A stretch of 64,000 nucleotides of DNA from Andalucia godoyi And28 (lineage: Eukaryota; Protista; Jakobida). Under the pieces are notes generated by a model. It had not been told where the DNA came from, did no database searches, and was given only the letters and a program-made list of their open reading frames with translations. A program made the position numbers and the translations under genes. The stretch lies in NCBI GenBank assembly GCA_009859145.1, contig VRVR01000001.1:202463-266462 (forward strand). The letters are read 5' to 3'. How positions within the stretch are numbered: the stretch's first letter is position 1; each line of letters begins with the position of its first letter. Positions 1 to 10,132 of the stretch are shown piece after piece.

Positions 1-218
1 CAATCACAAACGGCGCACTCATAGAATCTCCTCTTCTGCAAACAGACATGTGCAGCTGCGGCCCCCCGTTGTTGTGCGTGTTTTTGTTTTTTTGTTTGGA
101 ATCCTTCTTAGTGCGCCACCCATTTCAACAAATGCAAAAGAATCTGGGGGAAATGCTCACGCAATGTCCGGCAAACAGACCGATTTTATCATGCACGTCC
201 TCTGCAATCATCGTCACG

Positions 219-325
219 ATGTCTATTTCACGAGTGTCCTACGCGAGACTTCCAGCTCGTTTGCACCATGGAATACCCGATGGATTCCGACACAAGAACT
301 GCGACCGACTGAGCCAGCACGACGT
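219..325 (-). mobile_element. Solo 3' end of the Fanzor1-like element (C-terminal codons plus putative omegaRNA region)
   Basis: Hand alignment to 43592-43695 gives roughly 80-85% identity (shared blocks gagtg[t/c]cctacgcgagac, ccagctcg, tggattccgacacaaga, ctgagccagcac). The minus strand reads WLSRSQFLCRNP versus WLSRPRLLCRNP in the larger copy. Flanks are unrelated. Confidence 0.8.
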
Positions 326-629
326 CGAACAATGAAAAGAAAAGAAAGAAAAAAACACGCAGCACGTGGAATCAATGTGGCTTTTTCACATGCTCGCAGG
401 CTGCACGGAAGATTGTTCAAACCTGTTTTTTTATTTGGATGCGTTTTTTTAAATCAAAAAAAAAACATGTATCAAAAATTAATAATATTAAGCGCGCCGT
501 GCATACGCCACAAGCAAGTACCGTACCCTATCGGCCTCGTGAACCACATAGTCGGATCGAATCGCAGTGTTTTTTGCAAGAAGAAGAAAAAGAAAAGGAG
601 CGCGCGAGAAAGTGGGCATTTTTCGCATG

Positions 630-3431
630 TTAGGCATTTCCGTCACCGACTCCGCCGACACCACGAGGGCGAGAGTAGCTCCATGCAGCACCGGTCACAG
701 CGTCATCAGGAACAGAGACAGGGGCCCCGCCTTGATCCACTTTCCAGATGTTGGACAAATCGTCAAGAGAGGATCTGGAGTATGACTGACTGAACACTTG
801 ATCAAATGAAAACTCCTGGGATGCACCTCGACGAAGATTCGCAGTTGTGTCGCTCGCAGTCCACTGACCGTTCTGCTGCTGATGATGGGCACTGGCAATG
901 TGCGGAGGCTGTTGTTGTTGGGCATGATATCCGTGGCCTGCACTCTGTTGGCTATAGCCTGAGGGGTTCGCTGCGTAATTAGAGCCATATTGCAATTGTT
1001 GTTGTGCTGCGTGGTGACCGCTTTGGCGGCGATCATATCTTCCATGATGCGTAACTGACTGCTGCCCGGTTGATTGATGTTGGTGCTGATGCTGATGCTG
1101 ATGCGGGTGCTGATGCGAGTGCTGGTGATGAACATGGTTTTGTTGCTGCTGGTGATGGTGGTGATGATGGTGGTGCTGCGAGTGCGGATATCCTGCAGGA
1201 TACGCGTGCTGCTGTTGTGAACTCACGTATTGTTGATGTCCAACGTGCTGCTGTTGATGTACATACTGTTGCGACAGAGACTGCTGCTGCTGCTGCTGCT
1301 GTTGTTGTTGTTGTTGTTGCGCCTGAATGGATTGCTGACGCACACTGTGCCCAGCCATATAGGATGCTCCAATTGGAGACGCTGCATATGACGCAGAAGG
1401 AGATTCAAACGGGTCCTGATCCGACGCATACGAATACAACGAAGACGATGACTCATTCCGTTTTGATTGATCAAGTTGTCCAGTAGAAGCACGAAACGCA
1501 GACCTCATCATCGGATGTTGCTGTCCTTGTTGGAACTGTGCTTGCAGCGGGCTGAAATTCTGGCTTTGTCCCATCTGAGCCTGCGACGCCACATACGGAT
1601 ACGAAGCACCGCCCAATTGCTGTTGTAGTTGCTGCTGTTGCTGTTGCTGTTGCTGCTGCAGCTGCTGTTGCAGTTGCTGTTGCAGTTGCAGTTGCTGCTG
1701 TTGATAATGTTGCGCCAGGACAGACGGCTGCTGAGGTGAGGAAGCCGACGATTGCGCTTTCCGGCTCGAAACTTGCGAATAATGCTCCAGATCGTTGAAT
1801 GGCGAATTGGATGCCGACACGTTGGACGATCCAGATTGCGGGTGAAGAACTGCGGAGTTCGACAGTGACAACTGAGCCAGAAGTTGAGGCTGCTGTTGGG
1901 CACTGAGTATCGAGGGCACATCCGTCTTTTCTGGATGATTCAGACGCGAAAGGCTCGCAGAGGAAGACAGGGACTGCCCAGAACGCTTCATCTCAAACCT
2001 CGAGGTCGGAGGCTGAGCCAGTGCAGACATCGAAGGAATTGCACGGATCGACAACATCTCCAAACCTTCCAAAATGGATTCATTCGGCGGAGAATCTACT
2101 CCAGACGGGATAATGCTGGACAGAGATGAAGCACTTGAAGAGGAATTGCGGGAAGCAAACCGACGAACATACCCTGCAGATGCCTCCGTGTCATTTGCAT
2201 TGTCCCCCTGCGCTTGATCTTCTAGATCGGTCAGCGAAGAATACGACGAGGAGTGCGGATCCGCCACCGCCACACTCTGCGAATGCGGAACGTCCATCGG
2301 GGCAGAAGGGACAGGTGCCTGGGAAGCAAAGATTGAAATCGTCGAGGTCGGATGATTATTCGACGACGTGATTAACTGCTGTCGTGCTCGCACCTCCGCA
2401 AACAATTCAAGGAAACGGGTGTGGATCCTTTCAGAATGCTGGTATCCGCACTGTGAACCGAATACACACTGTCCGTGTACAGAGAAGTTTTCACACGGAG
2501 GAACCGTTCCCTTTCCACGCCGCGTTTCAAAGTCTCCAACATCTCGTTGAGCACGAATGACCAATCGCATAATCTCAAAGCGCTCTCCGGAGTGCAACTT
2601 GGGACATGACGGCCTCGGACAATACCCTTGGTACAGCGTTTCATAGCAAATTTGATTCCTTGCACCATCCGACTTCGGAGTGTTTCCAGAGATTGGTCCT
2701 GTTGCGTTCGGAGCATTGACTGTAATGTTTTGCGCATTCATATTGCTGATGCCTCCCATCATCCCAGAAGACCCAGAAATCATTTGCACAGGATGCTGAC
2801 TGGACATCATCAATGGCTTTGTTCCAGTTCCAGACATTTGCGACTGCAAATGCGGCGGGGACGTGCCCAGCATTGAATTCCCCATCGGAGGAGAGGACGC
2901 CATGTTCATGCCCACGGGAACTTGAATCACTCCATGGGGCCCGACCATTGATCCAACATGCCTATCCATCTGCGCAGCACCCAACACCGCCGGCATTCCA
3001 ACAACCATCCCATACGCATTCGGATACGGACTCATGTTCTGCATCTGTCCGCCCACAGGAAGTCCTCCTGCTTTTTGTCCACCTTGCAAGCCTGATGATC
3101 GTGAAAACCACTGTTGACCGCAGTTTCGCTGTCCTTTCAGTTCAAACCGGATATAGTTTCTAGAAAATAACCCCTCAGGAATCAGAGGAGCCAGAGCACT
3201 CTGAACAACCTGTTGTGCAAGCTGCGGTGTTCGCATCAGAATAAACACGGCAAACTCCTGAAGCGCAGGCTTAATACATTCAATGTCGTACTTCTCAATT
3301 GCATCGCCCAAGTTCAGCTGCATAAGCACAGAATCTACATCTTGTTTGAAGCTCGCAGATCTCTTAATGGGACCGAGATACACCGTGCGGATCGCAATGT
3401 CGCTTGGAGACTGTTGAAGACTCGGCAGCAT
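630..3431 (-). CDS. Tandem CCCH zinc-finger protein with N-terminal RRM-like domain and long Q/H/S-rich low-complexity tail (933 aa)
   Basis: ATG at 3431, TAA at 630. CCCH motifs CYETLYQGYCPRPSCPKLH and CENFSVHGQCVFGSQCGYQH; RRM-like TVYLGPI...FAVFILM; poly-Q and poly-H tracts. Confidence 0.8.
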   Translation of the reverse strand: MLPSLQQSPSDIAIRTVYLGPIKRSASFKQDVDSVLMQLNLGDAIEKYDIECIKPALQEFAVFILMRTPQLAQQVVQSALAPLIPEGLFSRNYIRFELKGQRNCGQQWFSRSSGLQGGQKAGGLPVGGQMQNMSPYPNAYGMVVGMPAVLGAAQMDRHVGSMVGPHGVIQVPVGMNMASSPPMGNSMLGTSPPHLQSQMSGTGTKPLMMSSQHPVQMISGSSGMMGGISNMNAQNITVNAPNATGPISGNTPKSDGARNQICYETLYQGYCPRPSCPKLHSGERFEIMRLVIRAQRDVGDFETRRGKGTVPPCENFSVHGQCVFGSQCGYQHSERIHTRFLELFAEVRARQQLITSSNNHPTSTISIFASQAPVPSAPMDVPHSQSVAVADPHSSSYSSLTDLEDQAQGDNANDTEASAGYVRRFASRNSSSSASSLSSIIPSGVDSPPNESILEGLEMLSIRAIPSMSALAQPPTSRFEMKRSGQSLSSSASLSRLNHPEKTDVPSILSAQQQPQLLAQLSLSNSAVLHPQSGSSNVSASNSPFNDLEHYSQVSSRKAQSSASSPQQPSVLAQHYQQQQLQLQQQLQQQLQQQQQQQQQQLQQQLGGASYPYVASQAQMGQSQNFSPLQAQFQQGQQHPMMRSAFRASTGQLDQSKRNESSSSLYSYASDQDPFESPSASYAASPIGASYMAGHSVRQQSIQAQQQQQQQQQQQQQSLSQQYVHQQQHVGHQQYVSSQQQHAYPAGYPHSQHHHHHHHHQQQQNHVHHQHSHQHPHQHQHQHQHQSTGQQSVTHHGRYDRRQSGHHAAQQQLQYGSNYAANPSGYSQQSAGHGYHAQQQQPPHIASAHHQQQNGQWTASDTTANLRRGASQEFSFDQVFSQSYSRSSLDDLSNIWKVDQGGAPVSVPDDAVTGAAWSYSRPRGVGGVGDGNA
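1277..1320. repeat. Coding (CAG)/(CAA) trinucleotide tract encoding poly-Q (further tracts at ~1620-1700)
   Basis: gctgctgctgct...gttgttgttgtt on the + strand, inside the CCCH gene. Confidence 0.9.
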
Positions 3432-4202
3432 TTCTCAGAAAATGGACACTTGGTTACCTGTTCAAAATATGAAGAAGGGGGGGAAAAACAAGAGGAACGA
3501 TGGACCGCAAAATCTAACCAAGAACGAATAAGAACAAACCGTGTCTAAAAAAATGGCTGGGATTACGGATTAAAACAAGAATGATAACAGTATCAATAAC
3601 AGGGAATGAATGACAGATGAGATGCTTCACAGTTCACAGATTCAAGTGCAACCAAAACGAGAAGATTAGAGAGAAGCAGAGGATTTTTTCTAATTTAAAA
3701 ATGGAAAGTAGTAGAAGGAAAAAAGGGGGAGGTCGAGACCTTTGACGGTACACGGTCTTATCTTAGATCCTGAATCTAAGAAACGTTGTGGGAGACTGAA
3801 GCAAATATAGTGTGTGATTTGGATCAAAAAGGGAACCAGCAAAAATAAAGGCAATAAGAAAATGGAGAAAAGCTTGCAATAAAGCGGAGTGAATGGAGTG
3901 AATGGAAGGAATGGCGAACTTGGCCATAAAAGGGAGGAAAGAAATTCGAAGTGGGTCAATTCACAGACAGCACGGATGACAGATGTCGACACACATTTAG
4001 CAGAAACACTTCCTGAGACATCTCTACGAACCACCAAAACAAAGCACAGAAAGTTTTTCTATAACACCAGGTTAAGCACGTTCCACCATGACTCGCGAGA
4101 AAATTGAGAAATGAAACTACCATGTTTTTTTTAATCTGTCAGGAAAACAGAAGAACAAGAAGGACAAAAGAAAGAGAAAAGAAAAGAAGAGGAAAAACCC
4201 GC

Positions 4203-7200
4203 CTACAATAAATAAACTTGCTGAAGGCTTCCCATTGTTACTGGTGCACGGCACATCGGACATGCTGTATGGTGCTTCAGCCACTTTTCCCAGCAGATGT
4301 AGCAGCATGCGTGCTTGCATTTGGCAACAAACGGCTTCCGTGGAGGCTGGTAGCAACAGGGACAGATCACTTCAGAATCCGCCGGTCTGGGCTCTTGACC
4401 CGACTTCGGCTTCTTGGCGAACACGCTCGTGGCTCCAAGAGAGGATGCGGCAGTGACCGATGACAGAAGTGCTGCTGCGGTAACTGATGCATTCGCAGCA
4501 GGAGCTGGATCAACGCGCGAGCGCTTTCCCTGAATGTGATCCAGTATGGATATTGGGCCCCCGGGGGTCTCAGCGACGGATCGCTTTCCACCAGCACTTC
4601 GAGCAGCCAGCATATCGGTCTTGGAGGTGTTGGGAGTGTTGGTGGTGGAGACGGACTCATCGGCGACGACGACGTCGTACACAGGACGAAATTGCTTGGG
4701 TAAAAATAAACGAAACTCTTGCAAGAGAGGCACGCTCAACCGCAGCAGATTGTAGGCGGATTTCAAACACTGCTTGATGTCTGCATTCCCCTTCTCATCC
4801 GCCGTCCACTCCGGCTCCGAAGATGCCAACTTTCGAATCGTCAAAAGAGACTGACGAAAGGAAGCATAGTCGGACAACGATAGGATGGATTTGACGCTCT
4901 CCAAGAAATTGCGAGCATTCATCGACGGCATTGGCTTGATTGTTGCCAAGTCCGCAACATTGTCAGGGGCGTCGGTCTTCAACTTTCCGGCACCCTTCGA
5001 GCTCTGATCTTCCTTGACGCTCTCCACGAACGCCTTCAGATTCTGTGAAACGGGACCGCGTTTGAGCAAAATGGGAGGCAACGAATTGTCAGAGGACACA
5101 TGCACGGTTTGCGACATGCTGCCCAGCTCGCCAAGGTTGAGACTTCCATCATGCCTTCTCCCCCTTTTCCAGTCCTTGTTCACAGATTCCAAATGGGCCC
5201 TATCCTCTGCTGTCAAATCGATTAGCGGAACCACAGATGCCGCTGCTCCCACTGAAGGAGGAGCAGATCGCTTGTCCACGGAAACACGGATGATTCTCTT
5301 CGATCCGGCCTCGTCGCCCTTCTTCTTTGACTCGGACAATGACGGCTTCGGTTCGTTCATAAACTCCTTAATGCTCCTCACGACCGAACCGAAGGACGGA
5401 GTTGGACGAATGAAATCCCGAAGCCAGCGAGAAAGCAAATTGCCTTTCCACTCCGGTTCGGAATATCTCTCATCAGCGAACACAATCACTCCCCAGTCAT
5501 CCTTATGACGGATGACACGGCCGATCGCCTGGTTCACGGCACGAGCGGCCTGCGAGAAGTACCACATCTTACCTTTTGTCCCCATGTAATCGTGCTTCAT
5601 TTTGACTTTGGGATCCTGCAAATTCGGGAAAGGAATCCCCGCCAAGACAACGGCTCGCCCGCACTCATCGGAAAAGTCCAGACCTTCCGAAATCTTGCCA
5701 CGCGCCACTGCAAATAGGAAGGCACCTCGACCGGATTTGACAGTTTCCCGATACTCTTGCAGGATTTCGCCGGCGGATTTTTCTTTGGATTCATAATAAA
5801 TCGGCTTTTCTTTTTGAATGGGAGTCCACGCGCCACTGCTCCGCAAATGTTCAACAAACGAATTCAGTGCAGCGTACGAAGGGAAGAACACCAAGGCGCC
5901 ATCAGGGACCATGCGAGCAATGTTCAGTAAGCTGCGGGCTAGCTCGGCAACAATATTGGGATCTCCTCTGGAGGCAAACGTGAAACGCATGCTCACACCA
6001 GATGGGCCTTGCTGCATGAGAAAACCGCGCACTTGAGAATTCTGAACAACATGAGAATTCTCCAGTCGAATCGGAAACTCAAGACCCATCTCACTAGCAT
6101 ATTCGTCCATCGGCGATAGCGTGCCAGACGCAAACATGAAAACATATGGAACACACCGCGCAATGTCGCGCAATGGTGCACCGGGATGCAAACACATGAA
6201 CATCACCACAAGACCATAATTTGCGTCCTTACGCAGCGCAACTCGGTAATACTGCGCTAGATTTTCTGCATGGACCTTGTACACAATTCGAAGCGACTCG
6301 ATCATCTTTGACAGCGCAGGTTTTCGTTTCGTATCGTCACTTTCCAGAAGCTTAACAGCGTTGTCGAGAAAGCCCAGCAGTATCAAGCAATCCTCGGTCT
6401 TCTCCTGGAAATTGATCCCCGCATCGGTGAAGATCTGGAAAATATCGGGAAGCTGGTGAAATGCATCTTCTCGACTCGAATTTGAAGCAGCGGCTGAAGA
6501 ATGTTTGATGAACGCATTCTCAAAATTCTTGCACATTACCTTCAGCAACGAGGCATCTGGAATGTCAAAGCCTTGGATTGCTCCTGGATTATCAATGCAT
6601 ATGCGGACCACCCGATCCATTTCCATCACCCAGTTGGAAATGTCGTAGGCAGAAAACTCAAAGGAAGCGGCAGCGGTCAAGGCATCTCCAAGATTGTGTG
6701 CCTCGTCAAAAATAATGATGCTATCGGAGAGACTAAGGTCTGTTGTCGCGCGAATATGGGGATCTATGATGTAGTTGTACGGCACAAGAACAAGGTCGGT
6801 GTCAGCAAGTGATGCGCTCTCTCGCGATAAATAATACGGGCAGATCCTGTGTTCTTCTCCAACTTTTGCGAGATCTTCAATGTCCACCAGATCTTGAATG
6901 GCAACTTTCCGATCTTGGTAATGGGAATAATACTCGCAACGGTGCTTGGAAGTGGCTTCCAAACAAGCCATTGTCAGTTCGTGGCCTTTCTTGTCCTTGA
7001 TCGTCGGATTAACGCACAGCTGCTCTCTGCTTCCCAGCACACTGATCTTCACCCCTGTCGGTTCTGTTGGTAACTCAGGGCCGATCTGCTGTGATGATGA
7101 TGATGTCCATCCATACGATGTTTTCCTCAGCTCACGTACCACCTGACTCAGCTGCGAGTGTGTACGCGATGCATAGATGACTTTTGGAACCAGCACAGTT

Positions 7201-7421
7201 GCACCTGGATCCCCACACGCAATTTCCATTCTGCGATGAATCCTCCAGGCTAACACCGCGCACAGCAAGCACAGCGTCTTCCCCGTTCCGGTCGGTGATT
7301 CCAACAATGCATTTCGGCGCCCTGAAAGTGCGTCCATCACACTCGACATGAACTGGATTTGCGTTGGGTAGGCCTCGTACGGAAAGTCCACCGAAACTCC
7401 CAGAATGTCGTATGTGTACAT
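4203..7421 (-). CDS. RTEL1: RTEL1-like Fe-S cluster 5'-3' DNA helicase (XPD/FANCJ/RTEL1 family) with harmonin-N-like domain and C-terminal RING
   Basis: Walker A ESPTGTGKT, YASRTHSQL, Fe-S Cys region LGSREQLC...CPYY, DEAH, SGTLSP, QAIGRVIRH. Helical ARNFLESVKSIL...EFRLFLPKQFR domain and C3HC4 RING. The first true ATG is at 7421; the ORF track starts at TTG 7445. Confidence 0.88.
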   Translation of the reverse strand: MYTYDILGVSVDFPYEAYPTQIQFMSSVMDALSGRRNALLESPTGTGKTLCLLCAVLAWRIHRRMEIACGDPGATVLVPKVIYASRTHSQLSQVVRELRKTSYGWTSSSSQQIGPELPTEPTGVKISVLGSREQLCVNPTIKDKKGHELTMACLEATSKHRCEYYSHYQDRKVAIQDLVDIEDLAKVGEEHRICPYYLSRESASLADTDLVLVPYNYIIDPHIRATTDLSLSDSIIIFDEAHNLGDALTAAASFEFSAYDISNWVMEMDRVVRICIDNPGAIQGFDIPDASLLKVMCKNFENAFIKHSSAAASNSSREDAFHQLPDIFQIFTDAGINFQEKTEDCLILLGFLDNAVKLLESDDTKRKPALSKMIESLRIVYKVHAENLAQYYRVALRKDANYGLVVMFMCLHPGAPLRDIARCVPYVFMFASGTLSPMDEYASEMGLEFPIRLENSHVVQNSQVRGFLMQQGPSGVSMRFTFASRGDPNIVAELARSLLNIARMVPDGALVFFPSYAALNSFVEHLRSSGAWTPIQKEKPIYYESKEKSAGEILQEYRETVKSGRGAFLFAVARGKISEGLDFSDECGRAVVLAGIPFPNLQDPKVKMKHDYMGTKGKMWYFSQAARAVNQAIGRVIRHKDDWGVIVFADERYSEPEWKGNLLSRWLRDFIRPTPSFGSVVRSIKEFMNEPKPSLSESKKKGDEAGSKRIIRVSVDKRSAPPSVGAAASVVPLIDLTAEDRAHLESVNKDWKRGRRHDGSLNLGELGSMSQTVHVSSDNSLPPILLKRGPVSQNLKAFVESVKEDQSSKGAGKLKTDAPDNVADLATIKPMPSMNARNFLESVKSILSLSDYASFRQSLLTIRKLASSEPEWTADEKGNADIKQCLKSAYNLLRLSVPLLQEFRLFLPKQFRPVYDVVVADESVSTTNTPNTSKTDMLAARSAGGKRSVAETPGGPISILDHIQGKRSRVDPAPAANASVTAAALLSSVTAASSLGATSVFAKKPKSGQEPRPADSEVICPCCYQPPRKPFVAKCKHACCYICWEKWLKHHTACPMCRAPVTMGSLQQVYLL

Positions 7422-7679
7422 TCCCCCTCCGTTAGCACCATTCAACTAGTGCGCAAAAAGGAAACATGCGCAAAGCACCAAAAATTTTAAACATTGTGCG
7501 TTCATCGCTTGCTTTTTGAGGGTTCGAATTTTGAAATTCAGGACCGCAAGCAATCTAAAGCGCACGTAAAAACAACAACACACTGCCACGCGCTCATGTG
7601 CATGCGTCTGTCATCTTAATCAACTCCGTCACACGATGCCCGATTCGTTTCGCCCCATTTTGGTCATAAAATCCCTGTA

Positions 7680-8229
7680 TAAATACGCCACCGCGTTGCA
7701 TTCTCGCACAGCGACGCTCATTTCATTTCTTTATTTTTATTGTCCATGCAACGCACCATATACGTCACGCCCGCAACGCTGCGCAAGACCTGTGGCATCT
7801 CCACCGCCACCGGAACGATCCGCAGCATCCACGCCGGGTCCCATCGCATGTACTGCCTCGCCGGCGTCGAACGAGCCATCACCACCTGCTTCGTTGCCGC
7901 GACGTGCATGACGATGCGCTACTCGATGAGATGTCGCAGATGACGCTGCGGGAAAAGGCGGCGGATCCGATGCAAAACGGCGCGGCAGGTGTCGATTGTG
8001 ACTTGCGACGGAGGAGGACACGTCCTGAACGTGCGGTCGTTGCGGGGAAATGCATCGCATGTTGCATGGAAACAAGGTGTATTTTGCTGCTCGTCGTGCA
8101 AATGCACGGTCGACCGCAATTGGAACGGCGCGCGCAACATCTACATCTATCTTGAGAACGTCTCTCAGGCCGAGGGGCGTGTCGGGGCCTACCCCCTTCC
8201 CAATCATGCTATGCATGCTGGGTTGCAAC
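7680..8229 (+). mobile_element. Internally deleted IS607-type TnpA/Fanzor2 element, copy A (non-autonomous)
   Basis: 5' part YVTPATLRKTCGIST..IRSIHAGSHRMY matches the N-terminus of the TnpA at 14188. 3' part (frameshifted) GNKV/F-CSSCKCTVDRNWNGARNIY is a TnpB zinc finger plus RuvC-III motif. The 3' terminus is shared with 52582-52637. The left boundary is approximate. Confidence 0.85.
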
Positions 8230-8250
8230 ATGGATTATGAGTGATCAGCG

Positions 8251-8500
8251 ATGATTATCCGTGGATTAGTGTACAATGTAAGCGCTGGCAGTGTTGCGTG
8301 CGAGCATCAAACAATATCATACCGGAAGTTTGAGTTTAATCGAACCCTTAAGCAGCATCTTTCATCAAAAGACAAAGATAAAACATCGCATGGCTCCGAA
8401 GAGAGATCTTCCCGACAAGCTCAAACCGGCCATCCCTGAAGATACCTAGATCCAAGAAACCTGTTGATCCCCTCTCGTCGCAACATGCTGAGCAAAGCGG
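8251..8500 (+). pseudogene. Possible degenerate hAT-like transposase N-terminal zinc-finger remnant
   Basis: VACEHQTISYRKFEFNRTLKQHLSSKDK resembles the CxxC...LKQHxxSxKH finger of hAT/CGGBP1-type proteins. Stop codons follow. Confidence 0.3.
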
Positions 8501-9072
8501 ATGACCATTAAATCACGGAGATGTGGTCGATTGCGTTCGGAATGCGCCTTTCAAGTCAGAGGACAAGAAGGAACAAAGGAAAATGCGTCAGCAGGCGCAA
8601 TGTATCCCACCGCCGACCACATTCCGTTTCCTCCAATATTCATTTTTTGATTGTTGAATCGATTGGGGAATGTGTTGGTTGCGATGATCCTTTGATGCAG
8701 AGTTGGTGCTCGCCTCAAATATAAAAACAAAAAAACATGTGGCTTGGATCGGTCTTCGGAGACAGCTTCGCCGATGATGATCAATAATGATTCATGTTTT
8801 GGCGAGCGGAAACACGAAGCAAATGTTTCCTCCTTTGACGTCGTCTGATGGGGGAGTTGTGGGAAAGCGGTGGGGCTTTGCCACGTCTTCTGCAAGTTGC
8901 AATAAAACCTCGCCGTCTCCTTGGACTCTTCGATTTTTTCTTTTCTTCTTTTCTTTTCTTTTCTTTTCTTTTTCTACGTTTCTTTTTTTCGTGTTCGCAA
9001 CTTGTATTTTTTTCGAAGGAGGACCTGCAACTGTGGAGCGGGGGAAAAGAAGAAGGAAGAAAAAGAAGGTAA

Positions 9073-9672
9073 ATGGCTCGAATTTTGCTTGCTGTGTGTT
9101 TGTTTGCTCTGGCGTCCGTTTCCATTGCGAAGCTGCCGGAAGTTACGGATCGTGTGTATTTTGATATTTCGATTGGAGATGAGCCAGCAGGGCGCATTGT
9201 GATGGGGCTCTTTGGTGGGATTGTTCCGAAGACTGTTGAGAACTTCAAGGCGCTCGCAACTGGTGAGAAGGGATACGGATACGAAGGATCCTCGTTCCAC
9301 CGCGTGATTAAGCAGTTCATGCTCCAAGGAGGAGACTTTACTCGTGGTGATGGAACTGGTGGAAAGTCGATTTTCGGAGAGACATTCGCTGACGAGAATT
9401 TCAAGGTGAAGCATTTCGTTGGTGCACTTTCGATGGCAAACCGAGGTCCCAACACAAATGGATCTCAGTTCTTCATCACGACGGTGAAGACCGACTGGTT
9501 GGACGGACGACATGTGGTGTTTGGAAAGGTAATTGCAGGCATGGACGTCGTTCAGAAGATCGAGGCTGGAAAAATGGATTCTCGGGATAAGCCGCTCAAG
9601 AACGTCAAGATCGTGAAGTCCGGACTCCTTACCGAAGAGGACATTGCTGCCGGCCAAAAGACCGATTTGTGA
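9073..9672 (+). CDS. PPIB: Cyclophilin-type peptidyl-prolyl isomerase, ER form (cyclophilin B-like)
   Basis: Signal peptide [19 protein letters not shown]; [64 protein letters not shown]; C-terminal KTDL. Confidence 0.95.
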   Translation: MARILLAVCLFALASVSIAKLPEVTDRVYFDISIGDEPAGRIVMGLFGGIVPKTVENFKALATGEKGYGYEGSSFHRVIKQFMLQGGDFTRGDGTGGKSIFGETFADENFKVKHFVGALSMANRGPNTNGSQFFITTVKTDWLDGRHVVFGKVIAGMDVVQKIEAGKMDSRDKPLKNVKIVKSGLLTEEDIAAGQKTDL

Positions 9673-10132
9673 ATCACAAGCTGCTGACCATCATTCTTTT
9701 CTCTTTTTTTTTTCGTTCGCTCTTATCGTTCTCATGCTCCTTACTTTGTTGGACCAGTGAAAAACGAATCGCAATAATTAAAATAAATTAATTAAAACAC
9801 ACAGAAAGGAAACAACAGCCCCCGCATTCTGCTTTCTTGCTGTGGACTTTTCTGCAGCTCTCGAGTCGCAGGTAGCTTTCCAGTCGTACGAACAACTCTT
9901 TTATTTCGGGCTTCCCCGGTAGGGGGAATTTGGGGCCTTTGAGTCACACACTCTCACGACGACAACATTCAGCGAAACGAAAAAACAAAAACGATAAGTG
10001 TGTGTACGTTTCTTTTCATCTGTCTGTTGTTCTTGTCTTGTCTTGTTTTCCTTTTTTTTTCTCTCGGTGCATCTGTGTGAGTGTGTTTAGTCAGCGAGTG
10101 AGTGAGCGAGTGAGTGAATTGGCAAACGTTGA

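Noticed and set aside
50-793. 247-aa plus-strand ORF
   Set aside because: It is a patchwork of the antisense Fanzor end, A-rich spacer (KKKKKK) and the antisense of the CCCH gene tail. No coherent domain.
7518-7535. GGTTCGAAT B-box/tRNA T-loop-like motif (also on the minus strand at ~52483-52494)
   Set aside because: No T-stem pairing, A box or cloverleaf. Proximity to Fanzor2 copies is probably chance.
8974-9657. 227-aa minus-strand ORF
   Set aside because: Antisense shadow of cyclophilin.
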